A DNA stretch of 64,000 nucleotides from Syntrophorhabdaceae bacterium. GTDB taxonomy: Bacteria > Desulfobacterota > Syntrophorhabdia > Syntrophorhabdales > Syntrophorhabdaceae. The notes beneath the pieces are model-generated. The model saw only the letters and a program-made list of their open reading frames with translations. It had not been told where the DNA came from and ran no database searches. Shown piece by piece: positions 47,352 to 56,721 of this stretch. A program made the position numbers and the translations under genes. The stretch spans positions 352,001 through 416,000 of the forward strand of contig OY762209.1 in NCBI GenBank assembly GCA_963665295.1. The letters are read 5' to 3'. Every line of letters begins with the position of its first letter. Positions within the stretch are counted from its first letter, which is position 1.

Positions 47352-50300
47352 CTATTCATTTTGGGTGCAAACGTTCTCTGTGCCTGACGCACTATCGCTC
47401 CTGTATTCTGAATTATCCTCTGTCTCGCCTTCCGGGAGAGCCTTTTCAATCCCTGATTTGACAGCCATATCCGGAATTTTGGAAATATGAACACCTTCCG
47501 TCATGGCATCTACCATAATCGTCTTGTCAACTTCTTCTATAACTTTACCGCCGCTTTGGGCAAGTCTGTACATCTTGTCGGCTTCATTCTGGGGATTGTA
47601 AGCCTCAATACCTTTCTTCTTGTTGCCCTCCAGCATATCGCCGATGGTTTGGGGTTTCCCCTCCTCCTCTACATAATTTTTCGTCTCTTCCGCAAATCCC
47701 AAAAATTTCTTGATTATGCCGAATAACCCCAATCCATAAGGGTCCACGTCCTTCACCGGGTCGTTGTTCACGTAAACATAAAGATTCGTCTGTCCCCCTC
47801 TGAAACCTAGAGGGTCCTTCTGTATGAAGCGCCCCGTGACGGCATCGTAATAACGGTTCTTCATGAAATAGAGTCCGTTACCCTCATCCATCACTCCATG
47901 GGCGCCCACGTAGGCAAAAGGATTCGCTATGGAACCGGTCTTGTTCAGGATCTCACCGAAGGGCGCATAGATGTAGGCCGCCTCAACGGCGCCCGTACCG
48001 CCCGTCAGGGCCACCGTATTGCCTGTTTTGTCGAAGTGGAAGAAATAATACCCGCCTGCCGGCGTTCCCATAGCCACAAGACGTTTGCCTGCGTAAATAT
48101 AGTATGCGGAAATCTGTCCGGAGGTGTCTGCCTGGAATAACAGGGTCTCTGCCTTATCATAATAGTAATTCGCCGTCTGCGCACCGGTTGTCGCCTTTGT
48201 TCTGTGTCCAATGCCGTTATAGGTGTAGGATGTTGTGGCCGTCCCGTCCCGGGTTATGGAGGTCAACCTGTTTTCGGTGTTGTAGGAAGCGCTCAATACC
48301 TTACCCCCGGTTACTGCGGTGAGATTGCCGTCAGCGTCATGGGTATACGTACTCTTTCCAAAAGAAACCATCTGATTCGCGTCGTTAAATGTGCCTGACT
48401 CTGTCGCCTGTGTCAGCACAGGGGAAAGCAAAGATACGGTGCCGGTCTCCTGCGTCACACTGCCGAGAGAATTCCTGCTGTAGTTCGTATCGATAAACGG
48501 GGAGGAGCCCTTCGAATGGGTAATCCGGGTCACCAGGTTTCTCTTGTCGTACGCATACGAGGAGACTGTCCCGTTCGAGCGGGTTTCACTGAGCAGATTA
48601 CCTGCCGGATCGTATGAAAAGGTTATCCAGCCACCTCCCCATGCCACTGAAGAGACCCTGTTCCTCTTATCGTATGTATACGTTGCGGTCACTCCGCCGG
48701 GATAGCCGATGGAGCTATACCTGCCCACTGCGTTGTACGAGAAGGCCGTTGGGTTTGCATCCGGATAGGTGACCCCTGTCACCCTGCCGACCGCGTCGTA
48801 CGTATACGATGTGGTGCCTGTGGCGTCTTGTATTTGAATGAGATTGCCTGCCTTGTCGTAGCTGTACTGCGCGGAAAGAGTCAGGTCGCCGTCGGATTCC
48901 GACTTCCAGGCAAGCCGGCTATCAGCGGTATAGCCGTAGTGCATGCGTTTCCCCCTGCCATTTTCCCAGAAAAGGAGCCGCTTCGCTCCGTCCCATACGG
49001 TCTTCGTGGTGTTTCCCAAGGGATCGGTTGTCTGCCAGGGCATGCCGTTCATGGACGAAAAAGTGGTGGTTTTTCCCCGCTCGTCCTTGAGGGAGGCCGG
49101 ACTCCAGTTACCGTCGTAAGTCATTGTCTTTGTCCCGCCCAGGGGGCCTGTTACCGACGAAGGCCTGTAAAGTTGGTCGGGCGAGACCGAGACGACCGAT
49201 TTGTCGGGCTTTACGACCCCAACAAGGGTGTTTGTCGCATCGTAGCTATATGTCGTTTTATTGCCCATAGGATCGGTTACGCTTACGGGCTTAAGCACGC
49301 CATTTCGTTCAATAACGGTATGATTGTCGTTTTCGTCGATTATCCCGGTCACACTGCAACAATCATATTCGAAGGTCTTCTGAGAACCGTCGGCGTAGGT
49401 GATGCCGGTCAGGCGGTGATTGTCGTCATAGGCGTAGGAAGTCGTATTCCCCAGCGGGTCTGTATCGGAGAGCTTCAGGATGTGTGAATTGTCATAGGTC
49501 TTGGACCACGTGTCTCCCAGGGCATTCATCGAAGAGACGAGCTTGCCGAAGGAGTCATAACCGAAGGATGTCACGTTGTCCAAAGGATCGGTGACGGACG
49601 ACAGGAGGCCCAGCGTCGTGTAGCTCATGCTATGGGTGTTGCCCAAAGGAGATTGCACGGCGGTAAGGTTATGATTGTCATCATGCTGAAAGTTAAAGGT
49701 ACCACCTACCGGTGTGGTCATGCTTATGGGGTTGTTATTCGCATCGTAGGTCAGAGTCGTTGCCTGATAGCCGGGCCGGGTCTGATAGGAGGTCATGTTT
49801 CCCGCTGCATCATAGGTGAGGGATCTCGCGAGTCCGAGGGAGTCCGTGTATGAGGTAAGCAGTCCGTCCGTGTAAACCTTTTGCGTGGTGAACCCGAGAG
49901 GGTCTTGCGTTCCGGTGCCGGCGGGAGAGCACAAGGACGAGGCCCCTGCGTTGGCATAGTATGACTTATTTCCCAGGGGGTCTACCGCAACGTTTCCGGG
50001 CGAATACGCTTTCTGATAGGATTGGGTATTCCCCAGTGCATCTGTGACCGTGGCGAGGCGTTTCGGGACCACCGTGGCATCATAGGTGAATGTGGCAGTC
50101 TTGCCCCCAACGGTCATGCCGGTCATATAGCCGTCCGCGTCGTAGGTGTAAAGAGTATGATTTCCTGCCACATCGACGGTCTCAGTTAAATAGCCCGACG
50201 AATCATACGAGTAGGACGCGGTCTTGCCGTTCGGAGCCGTCATCGAGGTGCAGCGTCCGTTCGCGTCATACGCGAAAGAGGTGACACGTCCTGCGGCGTC

Positions 50301-50831
50301 GGTGACGGTCGATATATTCCCTCCGGAATCACGGGAGATCAGGACGGCATTGCCGTTTCTATCGGTGATGGAGGAGAGAAGCCAGGCAGGGGTTGAACCC
50401 AACAGGAGAAAGTCAAACTTCGATTGCGTGAAATCGCTCTTCGCCTCATGGACCCAGTAATCGGTTTTGTCTGAGGCGCGGTAAAAGTAGGTCATCGTAT
50501 CGCGGTTGTCCGGAGGGTATGTTGGGGAAAGAGCCGTTTGCAGGTTCGAGGAACCCCCGGAACAAACAGCGGCGGTCTTGCTGAAGGATATGAAACTGCC
50601 GTCACCCCGGTGGAGAACGGCAGGCGTTGTGCTGCATAGAGGAGCCGAAACGTCCAGGTCGTATGAGAAAGCCCATCCACGACCGAACATGCCCGAAGCC
50701 GTGTTGTTGGAATTATACGCATGGGTCATTGAAATTTGCGGCCCTAGTCCTGAGTAAGCAAAATCAGTGTCGGATACAACAAGGCTTAACGCCCCCGTGT
50801 TTACCCAGTACCTGGGTAAGCCCATCCGCAT
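47352..50831 (-). CDS. RHS/YD-repeat protein body (plug region, YD shell, core, 125-aa tip); probably the C-terminal part of one gene starting at 51473
   Basis: Many YD repeats and core GLYFMKNRYYD...GRFIQKDP.G...N.Y.YV.N.P....DPYGL. No RBS or signal peptide at 50831. Confidence 0.9.
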   Translation of the reverse strand: MRMGLPRYWVNTGALSLVVSDTDFAYSGLGPQISMTHAYNSNNTASGMFGRGWAFSYDLDVSAPLCSTTPAVLHRGDGSFISFSKTAAVCSGGSSNLQTALSPTYPPDNRDTMTYFYRASDKTDYWVHEAKSDFTQSKFDFLLLGSTPAWLLSSITDRNGNAVLISRDSGGNISTVTDAAGRVTSFAYDANGRCTSMTAPNGKTASYSYDSSGYLTETVDVAGNHTLYTYDADGYMTGMTVGGKTATFTYDATVVPKRLATVTDALGNTQSYQKAYSPGNVAVDPLGNKSYYANAGASSLCSPAGTGTQDPLGFTTQKVYTDGLLTSYTDSLGLARSLTYDAAGNMTSYQTRPGYQATTLTYDANNNPISMTTPVGGTFNFQHDDNHNLTAVQSPLGNTHSMSYTTLGLLSSVTDPLDNVTSFGYDSFGKLVSSMNALGDTWSKTYDNSHILKLSDTDPLGNTTSYAYDDNHRLTGITYADGSQKTFEYDCCSVTGIIDENDNHTVIERNGVLKPVSVTDPMGNKTTYSYDATNTLVGVVKPDKSVVSVSPDQLYRPSSVTGPLGGTKTMTYDGNWSPASLKDERGKTTTFSSMNGMPWQTTDPLGNTTKTVWDGAKRLLFWENGRGKRMHYGYTADSRLAWKSESDGDLTLSAQYSYDKAGNLIQIQDATGTTSYTYDAVGRVTGVTYPDANPTAFSYNAVGRYSSIGYPGGVTATYTYDKRNRVSSVAWGGGWITFSYDPAGNLLSETRSNGTVSSYAYDKRNLVTRITHSKGSSPFIDTNYSRNSLGSVTQETGTVSLLSPVLTQATESGTFNDANQMVSFGKSTYTHDADGNLTAVTGGKVLSASYNTENRLTSITRDGTATTSYTYNGIGHRTKATTGAQTANYYYDKAETLLFQADTSGQISAYYIYAGKRLVAMGTPAGGYYFFHFDKTGNTVALTGGTGAVEAAYIYAPFGEILNKTGSIANPFAYVGAHGVMDEGNGLYFMKNRYYDAVTGRFIQKDPLGFRGGQTNLYVYVNNDPVKDVDPYGLGLFGIIKKFLGFAEETKNYVEEEGKPQTIGDMLEGNKKKGIEAYNPQNEADKMYRLAQSGGKVIEEVDKTIMVDAMTEGVHISKIPDMAVKSGIEKALPEGETEDNSEYRSDSASGTENVCTQNE
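50801..50819 (-). promoter_or_regulatory. Candidate bacterial SECIS hairpin
   Basis: UUACCCAG-GUA-CUGGGUAA begins 12 nt after the in-frame UGA at 50834-50832; the apical loop starts with G. Confidence 0.55.
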
Positions 50832-51473
50832 TCATGAGCCCGGGCCCGTGCCCTTTTTGTTCTGGTATTTTCTGATCCGGGGCTTGCCCGGTCCAGTCCG
50901 CTCTTCGCAGTAATTTCCGTCGGGATTGATGTCATCACCCCCGAACAGACTCGCGCGGCAAGGATCATAGTTGGCAATCTGAAAGCGCATCTCGATGTTC
51001 GTGACCCCGGAGCCCTGTCCGTCACTGCTGTAAAAAAGGGTAAATTCTCCTGCCCTTGTGGGGATATAAAATGACGTCGACAGGGTCATAGGCGACTTGC
51101 AGGGGAAGACGCAGGTCTTCGAATATATCCATTGGAAATAAAACTGATTTACCAGGTCGCTTATGTCGTAATAGCCAAACCAGAACGCGGGATATGTGCC
51201 CTGGGTCGGCGTGACCGAGGCATTGAAAGTGATCTCACTGCCATAAGGGGGATCGGTCATCGCGTAGTTGCAGATCCAATAATTGGTATCTGCCTTGTAA
51301 ACGCACGAAGTGCCTAAACCGAAAATGCTGCTTGCCGGTATGCCCTGAAAATCCCAGGTGATTGTCTCTCCCCCTGCAACAGAAGTAAAGCCATGGCTGC
51401 GTGACGGATAAGAAAAAAACCACGTCAGAAGAACTAAACATAAAACAACGAAAATTGTCCCACTGCGACTCAT
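50832..51473 (-). CDS. Signal-peptide-bearing N-terminal segment of the RHS protein, ending at an in-frame TGA
   Basis: AAGGA RBS before ATG 51473 and signal peptide MSRSGTIFVVLCLVLLTWFFS. Same frame as, and abutting, the RHS ORF. Confidence 0.75.
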   Translation of the reverse strand: MSRSGTIFVVLCLVLLTWFFSYPSRSHGFTSVAGGETITWDFQGIPASSIFGLGTSCVYKADTNYWICNYAMTDPPYGSEITFNASVTPTQGTYPAFWFGYYDISDLVNQFYFQWIYSKTCVFPCKSPMTLSTSFYIPTRAGEFTLFYSSDGQGSGVTNIEMRFQIANYDPCRASLFGGDDINPDGNYCEERTGPGKPRIRKYQNKKGTGPGS

Positions 51474-51673
51474 TGCGTTATCCTTCATTGGCAACCATTG
51501 TCTACCTAAGAAATCTTGAACCAATACACCTAGAATTGCAAGCAATAAATTATATATTATTAATCTGAACGGGAGGTATATCCTCTCCACCAGGACCTTG
51601 AGCCTTAAGTTATCTTTCAGATAGATTGCCGCAAAGTATGTGACCGGCAGCGCATTACCCGATTATACAAACA

Positions 51674-54600
51674 TCACTCTCCCGCATGAAGGGTTATTCT
51701 GAATTCTGTCCCTCCATTCCTCTCAAGCTCTATGATCCCTTCAAGCTGTTCCACGAGGGTAACCACAAGCTGCATGCCCAATGACTGGGTATTCATGAAA
51801 TCAAGGTCCCGCGGGAACCCTACGCCATTGTCAGAGACAACCATGGTCCTATGCATTTCGTCAGCATAAAAGCCTATTCTCAGAACTCCTCCCACCTTCT
51901 CCGGGAAGGCATGTTTCAAGACATTGGAAATAAGTTCATTGAGAATAAGTCCAAGAGGTATGGCCGTTTCGATATCGAGGGATATCGGTGCAACGTCGAG
52001 CTTCAAGCTTATGCCTTTGCCTGGTGCATACGTAGTGATGAGATTGTACGTGAGGTCTTCTACATACGCCGGAAAGTAGATGCGTGACAGGTTTTCCGAC
52101 CGGTAGAGTTTATCGTGAATAAGCGCCATTGCTTTCACGCGGCCCACACTCTCCACGAATATATCGCGGGCTTTCGGGTCATCAAGATATCTGGACTGGA
52201 GGTTAAGCAGACTGGACATGATCTGGAGATTGTTTTTCACCCTATGGTGTATCTCTTTGAGGAGGACCTCTTTTTCCTTCAGGGAAGCTTTGATGGCGTC
52301 CTCGGCTTCTTTGCCGGAGGTGACGTTCATGGCCGCACCGCGATACCCTGTGAGCGTGCCATTGCCATCCAAGATAGGGACAAGGGTGGCGCTGAGCCAT
52401 ATCGCTCGCCCCGACTTGACGATGGCCTGGTGCTCAAGATCCCTGAAGCCCGTGCGGGTCCGTACGTGTTCCTTGAAAATGTGCAATGTGCGCGATCTTT
52501 CGGACGGAGGCAGAAGATCAAAGGGTGTCTTCCCCAGTAGCTCCTCTGGTGTAAATTCCAGAACATCTTGAGCCCGATCACTGATAAAGGTGATGCGGCC
52601 GTCGACATCGAGCTCAAATATATACTCTCCCGCCGCCTCGCTGATATCCCTGAACCTCTCTTCACTTTTCTTAAGGGCAGCCTGGGCTTGTCTTTGGGCG
52701 AGAGCGATGGCCATCTGCTCACAGGCGCCCTCCAGGAAGGAGATAAGTTCCGGGGTAAACCGGCCTTTCTTGTGATCATTGAGCTGCAGTAAACCTATTA
52801 TGGCGCCCCCGTATTTCAAGGGGATCAACGCCACGGACTCGTAGCCTTCGCCGTTGCACCGGTTGCGGGTTCTCGCCTGGCGGTCCTCTTCAGTGGTACT
52901 TACAAGGAGGTCCGTGGTGCAATTGCTCCAGAAGCTTCCGCCGGAAGTGAAGAAGGGGAACTTAGGATCGAACCTGCCGGAGAGGATGTTACCACACATG
53001 CACTCCAGGACGGGGTTGCCCATGTCGTCCTTGAGCAGTTGACCATCCAAGTCTCTTGCGCAGAGGGAACGCTCTGCTTCCACAAATTCCCGGGGGAATC
53101 CTTTGGTTTCGAAGTAGGGAAAGTCATCGCCCTCCTTGAGACGGACACCTACCGCCTCGCAACCGGTCCATTCCTGGAGATACGCAGTAATGGCACGAAT
53201 TAGCTCGTAAGTGTGGTTCTCGTCGTTGAGGAACCTTAGGAGGATAAGGGTGGTCTCCCTTTCACGCTCGATGCGCCGTTCGTCTGTCACGTCCCGGAAG
53301 AAGCCCTGCATGAGCTTGACGTCATCGACCGTGACAGTGTCGGTTTTGATCTCCACTTCCCTAATCCTTCCATCCTTGGTCAGAAGATAATCAGGGAGCG
53401 TCTCGCCCAACCCCTGGGAACGATGGAGCATGAAGGAACGGGACATCCCGGGGCTACCCTCTTCGGCGGGATGAAGCATGGTCTGGGGCTTTCCGATAAT
53501 TTCCGACCGGTCGTACCCGGTCATCCGGAGAAAGGCCTCGTTACAACTCTGGAATGTTCCGGTTTCGTAATCCGCGAGGGCAATTCCCACTGTCGCCTCG
53601 TTAAAGAGCAGGCGGTAACGGCGTTCGCTCTCCCTGAGGGCTTCCTCGGCGCGCTTACGGTCGGTGATGTCGATGACAATCCCGACGAGGCTCACTACCC
53701 GGCCATCGGCATCCTCCAAGGGACCGCCTCTTGACATGAGCCATCGGATTGTGCCGTCCGGATAAACAACCCGCCACTCGGTGGTCAATTCCGTTCCTTC
53801 CCGGGCTGCTTTCCGGACTGCATCCTCGCTATGCTTGCGGTCGTCGGGGTGGATCGTCTTTATCCAGCGCTCATAGGAGGGTTCACAGGAATAAGGCTCA
53901 AGGCCATACAACCTCCAGAGTTCATCAGACCAATAATTTTCATTCGTCCGAAGATCCCATTCCCATGTGCCGGCACTCGCCGCCATCTGAGACAGGCGGA
54001 ACCTCTTTTCGTTCAGCCGAAGGTTATCCTGTGCTCGTTTCTGTTCGGTAACGTCACGCACATGCTCAACAACCATCGTAACATGGCCCTCATCGTCAAA
54101 CAGAGGGTAAGCGTTTGCTTCCTTGTAGAGTTTGGTAGTCGGGTTGTAAAACTCTACAAGAGCGGGCTTTCCGGTCTTGAAGACCTCCAGAGCCCGACAT
54201 CCTTCGCAGGGTGCGTGGCGATTGATAAAAGTCTCATAACAAGGGACATTTACAGGGAACTCATCAAGGCCGGCACAGAGGGGGGACTTCCAGTTGGACA
54301 CAAGAACTTTCAGATCTCTATCAAGCACCACAATGAGGTCATCGGTGGAGTTGAGGACGCTTTCGAGGAGCATCTTGGATTTCTTCAGTTCGTTCTCGGC
54401 GCGTTTTCTCTTGGTGATGTTTGTGTGGGAGACCAGAACTTTCCCTGGCTCATCTAGGAGCGGTGTTGAGCGCATGACGAACCAGCGCTGCTTTTCAGGA
54501 GAATGACAGGGATACTCTACCTCGAAATGAGGAAGGGCGCCTCGTTGAACCTGGCGGATTCCTTCAAAGGCTTCCTCGGCAGAATCTGTGTTCCCCGCCT

Positions 54601-56323
54601 CCGATGCCCATGATTTGAAATACTGTGCCCCCACTCCCCACGTCTGTTCGTCGCCCGCGTTGTTCGATTCGGCAAAGCGACGCCACGCATCGTTTATCTC
54701 CAGAACCCGTCCGTCCGGGCCTATGACGGCCTGGTGGGCGTCGGTGGAATTGAAGACCCGGTGCCAGAAATTGGATAGGAAGGCAAGGGCTTTCTCGGCG
54801 CTCTTTCTCTCGGTAATGTCTCGACAGATGCCTAACAGCGCCGGTTTACCATCCCACGTGATCAGTTGCGCACTCACCTCCGTGGGCACAAGTGATCCAT
54901 CCTTGCACCTGTGCACTGTTTCAAACCTTAGTCGGCCTTGCTCCATCAGCTTCGCGATGCGCTCCCGGGCGTGAAGGGCTTCCTCCGGTGTATCCAGATG
55001 GTGGAGCATCGCTGAAGTAAGTTCTGTGGGGGTGTAGCCAAGCTGTTCTGCAGCCCTGTCGTTGGCAGCGAGTATCCTTCCCTCTCCATCGGATATAATG
55101 ATCGTGTCATTGGCGCCGTCAAAGAGGAGCCGGTACTTGGCCTCGCTCTCCTTAATGGCCTCCTCTGCCTTTTTTCGCTCATTGATAATCTCCGAGAAGA
55201 GGATGATCCCCCCGACGTTCCCGTTTTGGTCATACCACGGAAGCAGCTCCCAACTCACCCAGTCCAGAGCGCCGTCCTTCCGTGGGAGCGAATCCTCCTT
55301 GCATTGCGCAGGCTCACCGGCCAGACCTCGCCGGTGAGCCTCTTTCCAGCGCTCCGGGGTCTCAGGGAATATGTCGTAGTGACTGCGACCCATGATATCC
55401 TGATCCGACAGGCCATAATCGGAGATCCATCGGCGGCTTACCGCCATGTATCTCATGTCGCGGTCAAGCATGGCTATGGCTGCGGGGGCGTGGTTAATAA
55501 ACAAGCGTAGTTTCTGCTCCGCCTCGCGCAGGTCTTTTTCCACCTTCTTGTGTTTGGTGATGTCCGAAAAGATGCACGCAAATTGCAGTGGTGCATGCCG
55601 GTATGCGGTAACCTCATAATGCCGCCTTAAGTTTCTACTGTATTGTTCGAAATGCAGTTGGGTACCCTTTATAGCCACTTCCCCATACTTTTCAATCCAC
55701 ACGGGCTCTATCCCAGGGAGTACCTCTTTTACCGTCTTTCCAATCAGTTCCTTTCCTTTTAACCCGGTGAGCCGCTCGAAGGCCGGGTTGACCGCAAGGA
55801 AACGATAGTCCATGGCGTTGCCTTCCTCGTCCAGTATAATCTCGTGAACCGCAAACCCATGCACCATGTTGGTAAATATGTTGCGATACTGTTCCTCGCT
55901 TTTCTTCAGCAGATTCTCCTTGATTTCAAGCCCTTTGTGAGCTGCGTAGAGCCTTAACGCCACCTTGATGCAAGCATCAAGGACCGTGATGCCGGAATCC
56001 TTCTCCACGTACCCGTAAGAGGTTATGTTCCCGGTCTTTTCCACTACATCTTGTTCTGTGTGGCTGGAGAGGAATACTATCGGTATATCATGTTCTCTGA
56101 GAATCACCCGAGCGGTCTCGGTTCCGTCCATCCCCTTGCAAAGATTGATGTCCATGAGGATCAGGTCTATGTCGGGTGTATTGCGTGTCAAGTCTATGGC
56201 TTCTTCACCACTGAAAGCGGTGATGACATAATAGTCATACTTCTGGAGAGTCTTCTTCCGGGCGAGAGCTATGAGTGTTTCGTCCTCGACCAGCAGGATG
56301 GTCCGTTTCTGAGACATGAACAT
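51674..56323 (-). CDS. Cytoplasmic sensor kinase: REC, multiple PAS, GAF, PAS, HisKA_2, HATPase
   Basis: N-terminal REC, repeated PAS/PAC units, EIHHRVKNNLQ, NELISN..KHAF, DNGVG. Start 56323 or 56317. Confidence 0.92.
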   Translation of the reverse strand: MFMSQKRTILLVEDETLIALARKKTLQKYDYYVITAFSGEEAIDLTRNTPDIDLILMDINLCKGMDGTETARVILREHDIPIVFLSSHTEQDVVEKTGNITSYGYVEKDSGITVLDACIKVALRLYAAHKGLEIKENLLKKSEEQYRNIFTNMVHGFAVHEIILDEEGNAMDYRFLAVNPAFERLTGLKGKELIGKTVKEVLPGIEPVWIEKYGEVAIKGTQLHFEQYSRNLRRHYEVTAYRHAPLQFACIFSDITKHKKVEKDLREAEQKLRLFINHAPAAIAMLDRDMRYMAVSRRWISDYGLSDQDIMGRSHYDIFPETPERWKEAHRRGLAGEPAQCKEDSLPRKDGALDWVSWELLPWYDQNGNVGGIILFSEIINERKKAEEAIKESEAKYRLLFDGANDTIIISDGEGRILAANDRAAEQLGYTPTELTSAMLHHLDTPEEALHARERIAKLMEQGRLRFETVHRCKDGSLVPTEVSAQLITWDGKPALLGICRDITERKSAEKALAFLSNFWHRVFNSTDAHQAVIGPDGRVLEINDAWRRFAESNNAGDEQTWGVGAQYFKSWASEAGNTDSAEEAFEGIRQVQRGALPHFEVEYPCHSPEKQRWFVMRSTPLLDEPGKVLVSHTNITKRKRAENELKKSKMLLESVLNSTDDLIVVLDRDLKVLVSNWKSPLCAGLDEFPVNVPCYETFINRHAPCEGCRALEVFKTGKPALVEFYNPTTKLYKEANAYPLFDDEGHVTMVVEHVRDVTEQKRAQDNLRLNEKRFRLSQMAASAGTWEWDLRTNENYWSDELWRLYGLEPYSCEPSYERWIKTIHPDDRKHSEDAVRKAAREGTELTTEWRVVYPDGTIRWLMSRGGPLEDADGRVVSLVGIVIDITDRKRAEEALRESERRYRLLFNEATVGIALADYETGTFQSCNEAFLRMTGYDRSEIIGKPQTMLHPAEEGSPGMSRSFMLHRSQGLGETLPDYLLTKDGRIREVEIKTDTVTVDDVKLMQGFFRDVTDERRIERERETTLILLRFLNDENHTYELIRAITAYLQEWTGCEAVGVRLKEGDDFPYFETKGFPREFVEAERSLCARDLDGQLLKDDMGNPVLECMCGNILSGRFDPKFPFFTSGGSFWSNCTTDLLVSTTEEDRQARTRNRCNGEGYESVALIPLKYGGAIIGLLQLNDHKKGRFTPELISFLEGACEQMAIALAQRQAQAALKKSEERFRDISEAAGEYIFELDVDGRITFISDRAQDVLEFTPEELLGKTPFDLLPPSERSRTLHIFKEHVRTRTGFRDLEHQAIVKSGRAIWLSATLVPILDGNGTLTGYRGAAMNVTSGKEAEDAIKASLKEKEVLLKEIHHRVKNNLQIMSSLLNLQSRYLDDPKARDIFVESVGRVKAMALIHDKLYRSENLSRIYFPAYVEDLTYNLITTYAPGKGISLKLDVAPISLDIETAIPLGLILNELISNVLKHAFPEKVGGVLRIGFYADEMHRTMVVSDNGVGFPRDLDFMNTQSLGMQLVVTLVEQLEGIIELERNGGTEFRITLHAGE

Positions 56324-56721
56324 TCCTCCGCGATCGTTAATTACAGTTCTTCCTCGTACAATGGCCTATACAAGAAGTCTATCGTAACACATCATTCGTG
56401 GCAAGCCCTCGTCTCCCGCATCGTTGCCATATGTAATGGAGAATCAAGGGCGAAAACTTAGAAACCCGGCTGAGCTCGACTTCATTTCAAAACCCCATTG
56501 CCGGGCATGGTTCTCAACAAGGTCAGAGAAGCGCCGGACAGGCAGGTACGCATTTTCTGTGCAGGCCGTAAAAATAGAATGCCTTCAAGGCTTTATTTGG
56601 GGGCTGCGCAGTCCAGCGCCTTTCCATATAGTCTTTCCTACGGCCAGGGGCAAATGAGAACAATTTGGTGATAAAGGCCATATACTCGAATGCTGATCTG
56701 ACATTCACCATCCTTGACTAT

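Noticed and set aside
50829..50834. Two independent, translationally coupled genes at the TGA-ATG junction
   Set aside because: Not excluded but disfavoured: the downstream ORF has no RBS or export signal, and a SECIS-like hairpin follows the TGA.
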